Below are positions 1-13,419 of a stretch of DNA of 64,000 nt, piece by piece. The notes under the pieces were generated by a model. That model was given only the letters and a program-made list of their open reading frames with translations, was not told the origin of the DNA and did no database searches. Numbering within the stretch: the stretch's first letter is position 1; every line of letters starts with the position of its first letter. Source of the stretch: Basidiobolus meristosporus CBS 931.73. Taxonomy: Eukaryota > Fungi > Basidiobolomycota. Position numbers and translations under genes: made by a program. Location: assembly GCA_002104905.1 (NCBI GenBank), contig MCFE01000014.1, forward strand, positions 186,001-250,000, written 5' to 3'.

Positions 1-1209
1 TTGCCTATCTTGCTAGCTGGAGATGATGAATCTATGGAGTATGTATGCGCCCAAGCCAATTATTTTAATTTGGTGGATCTGAATTTTGAGTTGCTGGAGA
101 TTCTGGCCAGTGCTGAGGATATACGTTGCTGACTTGAAAGCAACACTAGGCCTCCAGTGATCATACTCACTAGGGCTCCTGTTGAACGCGAACCCACTGG
201 AACATTTTTGTGCAGGGTGTTAGGAGGGAGATTGTAAATGTGTTTAAACCAACTATTTTTGAGAATTTTTATTATGGCTTCTGAGTTGCAATTGGTCCCT
301 GCCAGTATTGTGGCCGGCACCTTCACCGGCACCTTGAATGGTTGTTGGGCTTTACCTGACGAGGAATTGACATGCTGGGTAATTGAATGGAACACAGGAG
401 TAATGCACACTTCCTATACTTCACGAGCTCATATTTTGTCTGAAATTGCCAGCTATGAGAGGGCTTAAGTTGTTAGTACAAGGCCAAAGCTGGTAGTAGA
501 GGTCATATTGGTAGCGGAGTCTGAATATGTAAGGGAACCAGAAAAGAGGGGTTCCTGGGTGTAAAGAGGCCAAATATTTTCTCGCAATACGGTGAGTTGG
601 CACTCTAACCTGTAATGCACATATTTCATACTAGACACCAAACACCCTCTATTGAGCCATCCAAAATCATGCATAACCACACAATATCTCCGTAATGTAT
701 GGCATTGATTAATAAGGCTGTAGGGAAGTAGTAGCAGAAACGGTTGATACCTTCGTAGAATAATTCTTGGTATATTAACCATAGCCAATACATGACTAAC
801 AACCCGAAATCCACGCCATCGGAATGATCCCTGAGAACAATTGCCGTACAACAATAAAGCGAGGAATGTTTCGCTGCCAGAGATCGAGGTAGGTGTGTCT
901 AGTCGTACCTATTTACTACGGCAGCTGCTTCAAAGCATCACCGGCTCAATGCAACCATTATGGCTTATACTACCTACGAAACTCTGAAAACAGCAGGCTA
1001 TGTACACGTCTATGACCATTGATAGACGTATGTATGTATCCCACGAGTTGTAATAGAAAAAGCTGAGAGGTTGTTTTTATTTTCACCAAGTTAGCTATGG
1101 AAGATCATCTCTGCTGGAATACGTATCTTGGTAGCATCTTGATTCACAGTTATCACACAAAAGACGCTCGAGTAAACAGCAAGCTTGCTACTGAAAAATC
1201 GGAGACAAC

Positions 1210-2057
1210 TCACTCGTCCTTGAAATTCTTCTCGACAGCAATCTCCCCACATTTCACGATAGTGATAGTGTCTGTGGGCCTGTTGGCTAGTGATTCGCTT
1301 AGTAACCACCAATAACATCAGAAGGCACACTGGAACTAACCTGAGACTGGAGTGTTTTCAATTTCGCGAACGACACTCATCCCTTGTAAGACTTCTCCAA
1401 ACACTACATAAAGTTTTAAGATGATTGGGTTTGAACACGCTGGAACAACACTCCAGCTCGATGAGAGGTACTTACCTACATGTTGGCCATCAAGCCAATG
1501 TGTTGGCTCAGCGGTAATGAAAAACTGTAGATAAGGATTAGGTTAAGTTCCAAAGGCTTATACGTGCATAGAAAAAGAACTCATTACTTGGGATCCGTTT
1601 GTGTCTGGTCCAGCGTTAGCCATACTCAGTAACCCTTTTACATTTGAAAAACAAGGTGGTTGGCCACAATGCGAATTGCTAGACGAACTTGGGCATGTTT
1701 ACCAGCTTTTGAATGTTCCAACTCAAAGCTCTCATCCTTGAAAGACTTCCCGTAAATAGATTTTCCACCTGTTCCATCGCCGTTAGTGAAATCACCACCC
1801 TGGATCATGAAGCCCTTGATAACTCTGTGGAATTTGCTGTCTTTATATCCATAGCCGTTCTCCCCTGTTGCTAACGTCACAAAATTCTTTACGGTCTTTG
1901 GAACCACGTTTCCATACAACCCAAACACTATTCTGCCTAGTTTTGTGTCCCCTTTGGTCACATCAAAATAAACTTTGTTGGTTACTCTAGGATCTGCCTG
2001 GACCACGGTTAAAAAGCACAGGAAAATTAAGAGTTTTGAGAGAGAACTAAAAGCCAT
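1210..2057 (-). CDS. Cyclophilin-type peptidyl-prolyl cis-trans isomerase, ER/secretory (cyclophilin B-like), 5 exons
   Basis: Signal peptide, then [21 protein letters not shown] and [27 protein letters not shown]. Manual splicing adds [31 protein letters not shown] and a last exon ending FKDE* (stop 1210-1212). Confidence 0.95.
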
Positions 2058-2469
2058 GTGAGGAAAATACAGTGGAATGGGGGGATAAGTGCAGAAACAA
2101 GGAAGTTTGAAGAGGGTTCGGATATATGACTAATTCGTGGTTAGCTTAGGCGACCCAAGGTATCTTGATCCAAGTCCAATGAATTTGCCACTGTGGGAAT
2201 TTCGTGACTACCAGGGAAAAGCTCAAACACAATCAGATCGTTTAGGCCATTTGCCAAAAAAAAGTAACGCATTTAATTTGATGAGAATCACCAGGAAATG
2301 TGCTTTCATCCCGATTCAGGTCGGAATATCTCCGGATAACACGGCTTGTGAGAACAAAATCATGACAAATACTGACTTAGGACAGCAATGGCCATAAGCC
2401 TGGCGTATTTATATCGACCGTTATTGCCACCAGCAAGGTCACTTTGCTTTGCCTTCCAGACTCGTTGCT

Positions 2470-3861
2470 ATGGGATACCAATTGACCACCAAGCTATTAG
2501 CCAACTCGCTGACTGGAGTCAAAATCGCGGCTAACTTTTGGACCACTAAAGATGCTGTCGCGACTTTGTTGTTTGCACACGCCACGGGCTTTCACAAAGA
2601 AACTTGGGACCCAACAATATACTACTTGAAGGACTCCTCTGTGAAATGTAATTTCATAGCCTTTGATGCGCGTAACCACGGAAATAGTGCCTTGGAAAAT
2701 AAGTCACTCCTCTCTGACGAGTGTAAGTAGCATTCGTGTTCGCAAATTCGCCTCGGGGAAGTCTTATACCGCTGGTACTGTTTAGGTAGCTGGAGAACCC
2801 TTTCCGAGGATATCCTAGGACTAGTCGAACAACTCAGGTTTCAAAGGCCCTTGATTGGTATAGGACATTCAATGGGCGGCTGCACAACGTGATAGAGCCT
2901 CTTACTTTCTTGGGAGTAAAGAGCCCGAACTAACTTGTTTCAGTTTGCTTGCTGAAGAATCGAGGCCAAATACCTTTGACGGCATTGTTGCATTTGAGCC
3001 AATTCTCCACCCAACTAAAGGCTCAACAATGGGTGTGGAACTTGTGGAACCGACAAAGCGCCGTCGCAGCGTATGGGAGAACAGGTATGCGCAGAGAGGC
3101 ACCTTATTGGCATAAAAGCAAAAGATTATTAACATCCATCACAAGACAAGCGGTCCGAGAATACTTGAACTCGAAAAGATTCTTCCGTACTTGGGATAAA
3201 AGAGTTTTGGAGGAATATGTGGTTAGTTCAGTTGACTTTCTCACTGCGTGATCCATCCATCTAATCCAATTTATCTAGAACAATGGCACCTACCAGAATC
3301 CTGGAGGAAAGATCGAGTTGAAGTGTCCACCTTCTCAGGAAGCGGTCAGCATCTCGAATCATCCGTATCTTTCCACTTTACTCATCAAATATCTAGGCGA
3401 CATTTGCTGGCGCCCCTGCTATCTCCGAATACTGCTTCGAGAATCTCAACAAGGTGAAAATCCCGGTCAGCTTTGTAGGTGGTGACCGCAGCGCAACCAT
3501 GTAAATCTGTGGAGTGTACACTCTTGCCAATAACCCACTTACGGTCCACCTATTTTAGCTTACCCGACAATATCTCTATATTTGCGAAGGAGTGCCCACA
3601 AGGTGTAGCTCACGTTATACCTGGACATCACTTGGTAAACCTCAATGGGCATGAAATTCACCCGTTTGATAAGTAACATTCATGTATGCTGCTTCCATAG
3701 ATCCCGCAAGAGCAGCCTGAGAATACTGGTAAGTTTGAGGATTGATCTCTGCACAAAGAGGTTCTCTCTATTTACATTGGATCTCGTTAGCTCGCATCAT
3801 CCATGAATTCGTTGCCTCCCTTGTGCACCAAGAATCCCAACAGGCCTCGCAAGCAATCTAA
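2470..3861 (+). CDS. Alpha/beta hydrolase fold protein (Abhydrolase_6-like), multi-exon
   Basis: LLFAHATGFHKETW, FDARNHG.S, nucleophile elbow GHSMGG (about 2863-2880) and C-terminal PGHHLV in GT-AG-separated exons. ATG 2470; stop TAA 3859-3861. Confidence 0.88.
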
Positions 3862-4849
3862 ACGACGCCACGTGCTAGATCTGTTCATTATAGGTTCATG
3901 GGTCCACTGGAAATGATAGAGATTAGATGCAGTGCAATGTATACATCGATCTGTGCGTGACTGTCTGTCTAGCAAATTGAATCAAGGTCGTCAAGTTACT
4001 GATGGTTCTGTACGATGCAAGTGAATGCTTCAATTATAAATGGATGCAAAGAATACAACTTGCGTGCTTCATGTGTTCGGTAGCTTCATTAGATGCCAAC
4101 CATCGAAAACAATGGCGGGTTGGTATAGCTACATCGTTGCGAGTGGCATGCCCCTTCCACAACCAGCCTATCTGAATGAAGATATAACCACATTTTCGAT
4201 TGTTTCTTAGCACAGTAGTTACACGAATGATTGATCTCAGTTGTCGTAAAATGTACTTAAATGAGACATGGTACACAACATTCATCAGCGATTAGGCTCA
4301 AGCACAGTTAATTGTGGTACGCGGCCCACAGCCGTAGCCTTCTAGACTTTATAATTTGCACTTATCTACACAACCAAAAGCTCCAATTCATCCAAGTAAG
4401 CCACTTCGTATGCACTGCTACAAGGTTTTTGTGTTGGGGTCACTGGAACAAATGGAGTCCACTAGTCAATATATCCCTTTGAACTGCTTATTGATACTCT
4501 CTTATAGCAGAGATTAGAAAATAGGCTTGAATATTGAAGACAGAAAATCTCCAAATGATACACTAAGGTTGCTGTAAGCCAATTCTTTGAAGTGGCTGTA
4601 GTCCTGGAGGTTATCAAAAACAATCTTAAATTCATGCAACTAATCATAAACAATATGGATGGCTTCTAGGACTTCTCTTTTAATATGGTTCTATCATTGA
4701 ATATCATACTTCGTATTGCTTCAACCTCTTTCAGCTTTCTCAGTCTAATCGTTATAATCATATTACTGTAAGTATCCAGTTCACACATAAACCATTCATA
4801 TACATAAGTATTCTATTTAGGTCGTTGCAAAACTATGAATTAATTACCA

Positions 4850-5245
4850 AAGATTTAGTTTGTAAGATATTATCCTAGTCAGGGCCTGGTGGCTATCAAG
4901 ATTTCCCAGACTTGTCTAAAGGCCCCAACAATTTGCACACCGCTTCCTAGGAGCTCAAAGTGTCCTTATCACTAATTTGATAAAGTTCTCCTTAAAGTAT
5001 ATATAGTTTATTTGTCAAGACAAACACGTAGGATATGTTTAGAAAGGTCTCAAGAGCATATGTGCAAAGGTTGGAGGCTTTTGGACAACTTTGAGATTTT
5101 TTCATGTCCTGCGTACCTGATATTTTGGCCAAGTATTCCAAGTAAAGCCAGGCGAGGAGTTTGGGCAGAATACTCTAAGACCTGTAGACGATGATCCAAG
5201 TGACCAAGTTAAGTGAACGCTTATGTAAATACGAAATTTACAACA
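4850..5245. mobile_element. Degenerate LTR fragments of the local copia family, in two opposite orientations
   Basis: About 5040-5245 aligns by eye to the LTR at 18170-18394 (tgtgcaaag.ttgg.g.ct.ttggacaactttgag ... aaatttacaaca). About 4860-4960 resembles the reverse strand and the old copy at about 23865-23970. Confidence 0.7.
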
Positions 5246-7913
5246 AAAATAAGCAGACATCCAGCTTGTGTTAAACTGACAACTTTTCAAAAATATGGAT
5301 TAGTGTCCACGCGTAATAATAATACTACATGCAATATGTCCTCCATAATGTACACCATTTCTAGGCAGAGCGTGAAGCCTAGCTACTAGCTTCAGAAAAA
5401 TTATGAACAATACAAAATATATATAACTGCATGCGAGGTGAAATATTATCACAAGACCATATTGAAAAGATATGAATACAGTCAAAAATCCAAGAAAACG
5501 CCAGCTTTGGGATTTCCGATGGAAATACTAGAAAGTCCAACAGGTACAAGTGGCTAGAATTTAGAGGCTACTAGGCATAATAATAAAAAATGAGGATTCA
5601 TTAGAGCTTCTATCATCTGCTTATCTCAACATAGGTATTGTGAAAAATTGCATTCAAATATTAATTACTTTTGTTCGTGTTGGCCAAGAATGAAACTTCA
5701 GTACATGAGTGTTGGGTTTGACGCTAGAAACTTACGATACAAAGTATTGAAAGCAAACTGGTTTTGATATCATTTGTACAGGTTGCAATGCTACTGAATT
5801 ATGTAGTACTCATCCTTAATAGAGTACGTTGAGGAATATCGAGTATTTCTGACGTACTTCGACTAGGAGGGATGGAATAGAGTTGAGAAAGCAGTCAATG
5901 CACGGCTTCATTACCTTGATATAAACAACGCCTTGCGAAAAGTATTGACATCTTTGATAGATTTAGACTATTCATCTATACATTTTAGGCAACCGGCGCA
6001 ACATACCAAAATAGATTCCACACAAATCCAATATCAAGTCTCCCTTTTCACGATTATCAACATATATATGATGTATGGGCAATTCTAGCACCATAAGAAT
6101 ATATCATGGCCACCACAAAACCCCTTGACAAAACCACAACTAATCTGTTGTTCGTGGTACTGCTGGCATGTAGAAACTAATGGAATCTAGAAGAGAGTCT
6201 AAAGTGGATGCGGCGGTGGCGGCTGTCTGAACAGATGCGGAACTTTTCGAAAACATGCAATTTGGAAGGCCATGGAGAGGTGCGGATTCTGAAAGAACTT
6301 TTGGTTCACCTCGAAAACTGATTTCATTTCAGTATCTCCACAATTCAAAAAGTCATCAAAAAATCGGTTCGCCTGTGAAATAAATTTCAGAGTCTAAATC
6401 AAATCCAAATGCATCGACTCGGTGTAAAATCAATATAGATGCCTAATCAGGAGTAATACTAATTATTTGCTTCAGAATGGAAGTCTACGTCGCCTGTGGC
6501 CATACAACACATGTGAAATTTGCCACTTTCTCAACCCTGGCAAGGATGTGCAATTCGCTTGAAACGCAATCCTCAGATCAGCCTCTTTTTCCAAACTAAT
6601 ATCGGACAATTCCGATGGCAGTGGCGATGGGCGAAGGGTAAACATTGAACTCGCTCATAACTTCCCATTTGAACAAATGCTGCATTGATGTCTATGCATC
6701 AGCGTGACAGCGATGAAGCTCATATATATAGATGCATATATGTGTGTGTGGAATCAGAAAGTCAGAGCAATTTGAATGTAACACAAATGATCTATGTAAG
6801 GATTTCAATTTCCTAAAAAGTTTAATATTCACAGCGCTACAATGAAAGTGTTTCATACCACCTCAGCAAATTATGAACACATTCACATCACCAAATGAAA
6901 TATAATATTCTGTAGTTCTGACCTTCACGCTGGAATAGAGCCTGGTAACCTGTTACATGAACTGTTCCATGAATTTTGCTGGTAGCAAGCCTAAGATGGC
7001 AATTCGAGAAACGTGTAACCAGGATGAGCTTCATACCCAATACCGGTGTCGACTAGTCACCAGCACTGGACTGCTCAGAGAGATCAATCCTACACTGCCC
7101 TCACTGGCAGTGTGTCAGCCCGTTGGAGAGATTATCTCTCGGGAGTAGCCAATATTCTCGCTCAACCTCACGCCGGCTGATCCAGAGCTGAAGTCCAGCA
7201 GATGAATCATTTTGTATACTGTAGTGAGTGTATTGCATGCGATTCTCTCATTTGTATTTCTCAACCAAATGTGCTCGCGCAAATGCATTCTTACCGTGGG
7301 GCTTGCAATGTGTACAAACATCTACAAACACCCTTCTCCATGAAATCTTTCCAAATCGAGTAGCATGTTCTTTTCAACAGGACGTTGAGACACTGCGCCT
7401 GTTACATACGGTGCACACACCTAATCTAGAATATCTAAAACCAAACTGGACCTCAATCCGAAGTCATCAACGGTCTGACAACGACCGTTTTGGAAGTGGG
7501 AACTACAATCAGGTAAAAGTCAAGTACAGTGGCCACCCTCCAGAAACTACGTAATGAGCCACCCAATGTAGTCTTAGTGAGGATTCATGCATCTCAAATG
7601 AACGGGTGATACATACTGAGCAATCCTAATGATAAAACTTCCAAGTGGGTTATTCAATTGAGTTTTTGATCCTAAATGTACAACCTGATGCCTACATTTG
7701 GCATTCTGGTGTGTTTCCATCGCTCTGTTCACAACACTAACACTAGAATTGGCCTTAACTCTACTAATTGGAGGAGAATTTCTCATTCGTTGCACATGCG
7801 GCGCCTGCTGAAATGCCTTACGGCTGTATTTAAGCAGGTGAGTGAGCTTCGAGTGAACCCAAGCTCTAACTACTCTTACCTTAAAGCATAATTCTTACCA
7901 ACGTAGGCTTTCA

Positions 7914-9401
7914 ATGCCCGTTACTAATATCTACGCAATTGGTGCCTTTGCCGCCCTGGGTGGTATCCTCTTTGGTTTCGATGTAGGCTCTAACTCTGGA
8001 ATCATTGGGATGGCCCAGTATAAGGATTACTTCGATCACCCCAGCTCTACACTTCAGGGAGGTATCAACGGCTCCCTCTCAGCCGGTTGCTTTGTTGGCG
8101 CCTTGGTTTCTGGATACTTTGCCGAGAGATTTGGCCGTCGTAACTCCATTGCATTCTCAGCACTCCTATTCATTCTCGGTTCTGCTATCACCGCATCCGC
8201 TCAGGATGTTCCAATGTTGATTGTTGGCCGTATCTTCAACGGACTTTGCGTCGGTCTCTCCTCTATGCTCGTCCCCTTGTACCAGGCAGAAATCGCCCCC
8301 AAGGATATTCGTGGACGTCTTGTGTCTGTACAACAGTGGGCTATTACATGGGGTATCTTCATCTCCTTCTGGATCCAATATGGTACATCTTACTTGAGTG
8401 GAAGTGTAGCATGGCGTCTTCCCTATGGTCTGCAAGTCATCCCCGCTGTTATCCTATTCGTTGGAATGTTCTTCTTCCCCTATTCGCCCCGTTGGTTAGC
8501 CAACAAAGGCCGTAAAGAAGAAGCTCTTAACACACTCGCTTTGCTTCATGGAAATGGTGATATTAATCACCCTACTGTGCAGGCTGAGTTCGAGGCAATC
8601 AACGAAGCAATTCGTTATGACCAGGAGGTCGCTAAGAGCACTGCTTGGAAGGACTTGTTCACTGGCACGGTTGGTCATCGTGTATTCCTCGGCGTCTCTC
8701 TACAGATGTGGCAGCAACTGACTGGAATGAACATCATTATGTTCTACGTGGTCTACCTCGCCGAACAAGCAGGTATTCAAGATCAATCCGCCAATCTGCT
8801 TGCCTCTGGAATCTCCTTCATCGTCAATGTTATCTTCACCATACCAGCCATCCTCTTTGTTGATAGATGGGGACGTCGTGCAACTTTGATCGCTGGCTCA
8901 GCTGGTATGACTGTGTGCATGGTTATCGTAGGTAGCATCCTAGCTGGAGTTGGTGACGTCGTTCCCAAGGATCCTTCAAATCCCGACAACGGCTTGAAGA
9001 GCATAGACATGCACGGAAACACAGCTGCTACCTACAGTATCATTGCCATGGTTTACATCTTTGTAGCCTGTTTCGCCACCACCTGGGGCCCTGTTGGCTG
9101 GATCTACCCAGTTGAGATCTTCCCCCAGCGTGTACGTGCCAAAGCCACCTCTCTCTCCACCGCCTCTAACTGGCTGTTCAATTACCTTTTGAGTCAATTT
9201 GTTCCCATGGCCATGGATCATATTACCTTCGGGCTGTATTTCCTCTTCGCTGGCTTCAATCTGCTGATGACCATCCATGTATGGTGGCAATTCCCTGAAA
9301 CCAAAGGCAAGACTTTGGAAGATATGGAGGTCCTCTTTGCAAAGAAATCCAAGTCTCGTGGCGAAAAGGGAGCCAATGAGAAAGCTATCACCGAAGACTA
9401 G
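7914..9401 (+). CDS. MFS sugar porter, high-affinity glucose transporter (HGT1-like), intronless, 495 aa
   Basis: GGILFGFD, FGRR, PLYQAEIAP..IRGRLV, PYSPRWL, QQLTGMNIIMFY, VDRWGRR, GPVGWIYP.EIFP and PETKGKTLEDM sugar-porter motifs; about 12 hydrophobic segments. Confidence 0.96.
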   Translation: MPVTNIYAIGAFAALGGILFGFDVGSNSGIIGMAQYKDYFDHPSSTLQGGINGSLSAGCFVGALVSGYFAERFGRRNSIAFSALLFILGSAITASAQDVPMLIVGRIFNGLCVGLSSMLVPLYQAEIAPKDIRGRLVSVQQWAITWGIFISFWIQYGTSYLSGSVAWRLPYGLQVIPAVILFVGMFFFPYSPRWLANKGRKEEALNTLALLHGNGDINHPTVQAEFEAINEAIRYDQEVAKSTAWKDLFTGTVGHRVFLGVSLQMWQQLTGMNIIMFYVVYLAEQAGIQDQSANLLASGISFIVNVIFTIPAILFVDRWGRRATLIAGSAGMTVCMVIVGSILAGVGDVVPKDPSNPDNGLKSIDMHGNTAATYSIIAMVYIFVACFATTWGPVGWIYPVEIFPQRVRAKATSLSTASNWLFNYLLSQFVPMAMDHITFGLYFLFAGFNLLMTIHVWWQFPETKGKTLEDMEVLFAKKSKSRGEKGANEKAITED

Positions 9402-12400
9402 AGTAATGATAATCCACGATGAGGGAGTGATTTTCCGGCTAAATAATTACCCAAGATCTCCCGAGACCCAAATGAACTTTCCCATGAACCAGAACGTTTC
9501 CATCCACGCTGTCCAACATTTGATTTCCTTTCCACTTTCGTATTCCTAGAGGAATGAATGTCATCTAAATCACATGTTGGATCTCCTGGGAATATGAACC
9601 TTCTATATATTGATAATTCCCGACCCACTCCATCATATTTACCTTTTTGAAAATAAATGAACTTTCTGCGACAAAACTTGTTTGGGGTCACTCATGTTCC
9701 CAGACAAACCCAGAATTCGCCTACTGCGATGGGTACCAAAGTGAGCTGCTCCATGGTTACGGAGGGCTTCGTGATCCCAGGGTGATTTTACAAAGACCAA
9801 TTGAGTAATAGCAATGCCCGAAACCAGTTGCCACGGTTCACACCACCACTGGCATGTGTTGGTAAGGGAAAAGGGTGGCCGTTGAGGCCGATCCATCCAT
9901 TCAAGATCCTCCCAAGCCAAACCAATAACCATCCAACCGTCGAAGATCATCCTACCTTGGAACGAGCCAGAGCCAGAGATATGCCTAATCCACCAGCTCT
10001 CCTCGCATCTAATTGGGATGTCACATTGCGCGCTGTGTGGCACGCACCTGTACGTACACAAACTGGTTATCAGCGGTGATGTGCTACCTCGCAAGGCATT
10101 TGCGTTTATGGTAAGTGAATTGTGGAGAACGGTATGAAGCCCTCATGTGACTTCGAGAGGCATTTCCCACTTTTATTGATTAAAATGGGCATTATTAAGA
10201 CCTCGTTTGTGATACAGTAGCGCACATTCGAGAACTGTAGAGATCCTCTATGACAGCTGCATAGTATTGTGAACGGCGGAGCTGGTTTCTTCTGATGCAG
10301 CCTCCTAGGCCATTGCGAATAGCGAGCCACGGTGGATACTGAGTTCTGCAGAGTCAGAGGAAAATAGAACACAAGAGATGCTACATGAGTTTGGGCGCGC
10401 CTAGATGCATCGCATGGATATAGGTGCGATGGATTCAAAACGAAACACCACTCGCCATTGTACTCGTTGAATTTCTTGGATCCACCCTGCAGGATCATCT
10501 AGAGCGGTTCGCTCCATGATGGCGCATACCCATATGAACATGTTGAACACTGATCAATTTTCCAGGAATGGGATAGGATAGCCATGGCTGTCGCATCCCC
10601 CACACAATCCATCGATCGGTGGTGCACACTTTCTCCCTGTACGTGGGTCGGGCTACTCAAGTGCAGCCTGAGCACCAATTGGGAGCGGTTGCTTTGAAAC
10701 CTTCATTATTTCTTAATTGGATCAGTGTTTGTAGAGCCTTACTGCTCGTGGGGATGTCCGGTTGGATTTCCCCACAAACCCACCTCGTCCTAAACCAGCC
10801 TCGTCACCACATGATCAGTACACAGGGCCAGAGTAGCTTGTCTACCCTGGAGCAAAATTTCCATCCAGATTCGGCCTTTCCCAAATATAGGGTGCATATG
10901 GGCCGGCCTATTGGCGAGCCAATCAACTAGCTTTTCTTGACGACCTCCAACCTGCTGTTGCCAGTACCACTTACCAATCCGAATTGACGCAATTATATGG
11001 TCTCTGCTGGTGCCGGTGATCCAGGCATGCGAAAAACCCACCTGATTGGAGACAGCAGAGAATAAGCCCATGACCTGCCCATCGAGTCCACCCATTGCTC
11101 CGTACCTGGTCAACTGTTCGTGACATTGTTACGCCTGAAACGCCATTCCTTGGTCACGCCAGTGACTTCGATAGGCCTGTAAAGCAGGGAACCTGGTTGC
11201 CATGGGAGACGCCGTGGAGAGATGGGGGAGGTAGGGGCTTTGTGCGCAACGAATGACTGCCAAAACGAGGCGGAAAATACTCTAGTACACGAAGGATATC
11301 GCGGTGTAATCTCGTTACAGTCCAATCAAGCCCTTCATCCCATGGAGACTTACCGCGTATGTAATCCAGGCGATTTATCTCGGCGGTAAAAGAAGTTCTA
11401 CCGAAACCCGACCCAGCCAACCCGCCGTGATCTGAACCATTCTCTACCGTGGGAAATGGTTGGGACCGGTTGACCTCTTGTACCAACCCACTTCCCACTG
11501 TCCACACAACACAGCAGATAATAACTTTCCCAAATTCTCAGGTCATGCGAGAGGAACCGTACCCGCACTGGTGTACAGCATTAGCTACAGGTTTCAAGAC
11601 TACGTCAGGGAGCCCGGCCCATGCTGCCCATTCCCATGGATAATCACTCGATTCCAACTGTTAGAAAACTGCGGGCAAACTAGGTAGGAACAGTGTGGCT
11701 CTAGTCCTATAGTGATAGGATATCAATTGGGCATATGATCAACCTATGATGGCACCACCTGGAGATACGGGCATGGAACCCTTGGTTCTGGTTTGAACTC
11801 CACATGAGGAGGTAAATTAAGGCATAAGCTTTGGTAGCGTAGGGTAAATGGGCGCCAATTCATGGTATTTTGGGTGAGGCCTTGACTTCCAGGCTTATCA
11901 GTAGACTTCAACTCCCGGGTATCCGGTACGGCTGATATGTTTCACAGTCAAGCCTACAATTTTGCGGGCTGCACATGCTGTAGGTAGCAACCATCTTGGA
12001 ATATGTTGTAGTAGGGGGTGTGAGCATGTCTCAGACCTGTTGGCTTGTAAGTCAGAATTTATCCAGTCGCTTGATGTTGGCTCTTGTTACAATGGTATGT
12101 ATGGCCAGACTAGGAACTAACGCTCGTCCTGCCTGGCTCCAATAAATTTCCTCACTCGCTAAGCTGCCCTGCTCTATGTACTATTCTTGGTATATACAAT
12201 GTGCTGGTTTATAGACTGTTACATTAATAGGCTATTTTCACTTTTAACCCTGTGTTGAGCGTAAAGATCTATGACAAGTAGAGAGTTAGAATATGAAAAC
12301 CAGGGCATAGAGCATGCTTAATCCAGCTTACCTCCTGTATTCCCAGCTTCCTATGACTGGCATGAAGAGTGGCCTAAATTTTCCAAGCAAGCTTGTGTTC

Positions 12401-12719
12401 TCGCCTGATAGTGTGGTGCAGTTTGTTGCAAGTAACCATTAACACCCCTGCATGTTGTAGTGAATTAGCAATAAGTCAATGTCAAGGAAAGTTATTTATG
12501 GATTCAGGACAAAATCCAGTTGCACCCACAACAGTTCACTATGAAAAAATATACTCGAGTCCAGCAGAAATCCAAGTGTCCTTAAATTACAAGTTTCAAT
12601 ATCAGATGCTCTAGCCTGTAAGTAGACATACATCCTAGAAAGTGCTGCACCTGAGTATCCATCATAGCAAATACAGCAGCAGCCAGTTCACTGACTCTAC
12701 AGATATATGTTTTGCTTGC

Positions 12720-13400
12720 CAAGAACATGTAAAAGCATATATATCAGTTTTGCATTCAATAAACCATGAAGTGAGAACCCCAAAATATAATTGGTCTCCC
12801 AATCACTTTCAATGCTTCTAACACTCCTACAATGGGTTATGAGCCCCAAGCTGCTACTCACTGGAATGACCAGTGTACCTACCACTGGAACTTCTCTCTG
12901 TGCCAAAAAGCTAGACAGATGTTGTAACTATATCCGGAAGGTGAAGGTGAAGGTGAAGATGATGTCAGAGGAAAGAGGCATTTGGGATATTGTTGTGAAA
13001 GAAGAATGCCCACCAGAAGGTTCCAGACAAGAGGCAGTCAAGTATCAGAAGAATGGGAAAAGCATCTTTAACTGCATTTGCCTTGATGTTAAGCACAAAC
13101 TACTAACACAATATCTAAGAGCTATAAAAGCAAAAAATTCCCCAAAGGCACTAGAAGACACCTATCACTCATATTCATCTGCCCAGAAAAAGTATCTAAA
13201 GCAAAACTTTCATTGTGAAGATACTGCCATGAGAAGAAATGAGATTCCTAATCATCAGAATCGCCCTGTTGGATATTGAGACAAATCAGTGAGAGTGAAA
13301 GCTACTGAAAAAGATGTGATGTTACCTACCTGCATGGCCTGAGAGACAAGCTACAGGGCCTTGCATTGACACTAGAACTCAGACTACAGGATCTGAATGT
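12720..13400 (+). mobile_element. Decayed copia 5' end: LTR 3' remnant, PBS and gag fragment
   Basis: Degenerate LTR end (to about 12834), then GGTTATGAGCCC at 12835-12846. ORF 12791-13279 (KVKMMSEERGIWDIVVKEECPP..SIFNCICLDVKHKLL) is homologous to gag at 21609-22346. Confidence 0.88.
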
Positions 13401-13419
13401 AAATTAACTATGTGGAATG

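Noticed and set aside
60-854. Several 60-129 aa ORFs on the minus strand
   Set aside because: They are in different frames, show no recognisable motif and form no consistent splice model.
5700-6700. Protein-like stretches on the minus strand
   Set aside because: Stop density looks close to random and no family is recognisable.
8005-9290. Antisense and alternate-frame ORFs overlapping the transporter (likewise over CBR1, NOT4, SOG2 and FAN1)
   Set aside because: They are shadow ORFs of the real coding strand and have no motifs.
9700-11270. Tyrosine-recombinase-like HxxR strings (HFGTHRSRR, FGSHSLR), suggesting a Crypton/DIRS element
   Set aside because: The two strings are in unconnected frames, no catalytic Arg or Tyr context was found, and short matches like these arise by chance.
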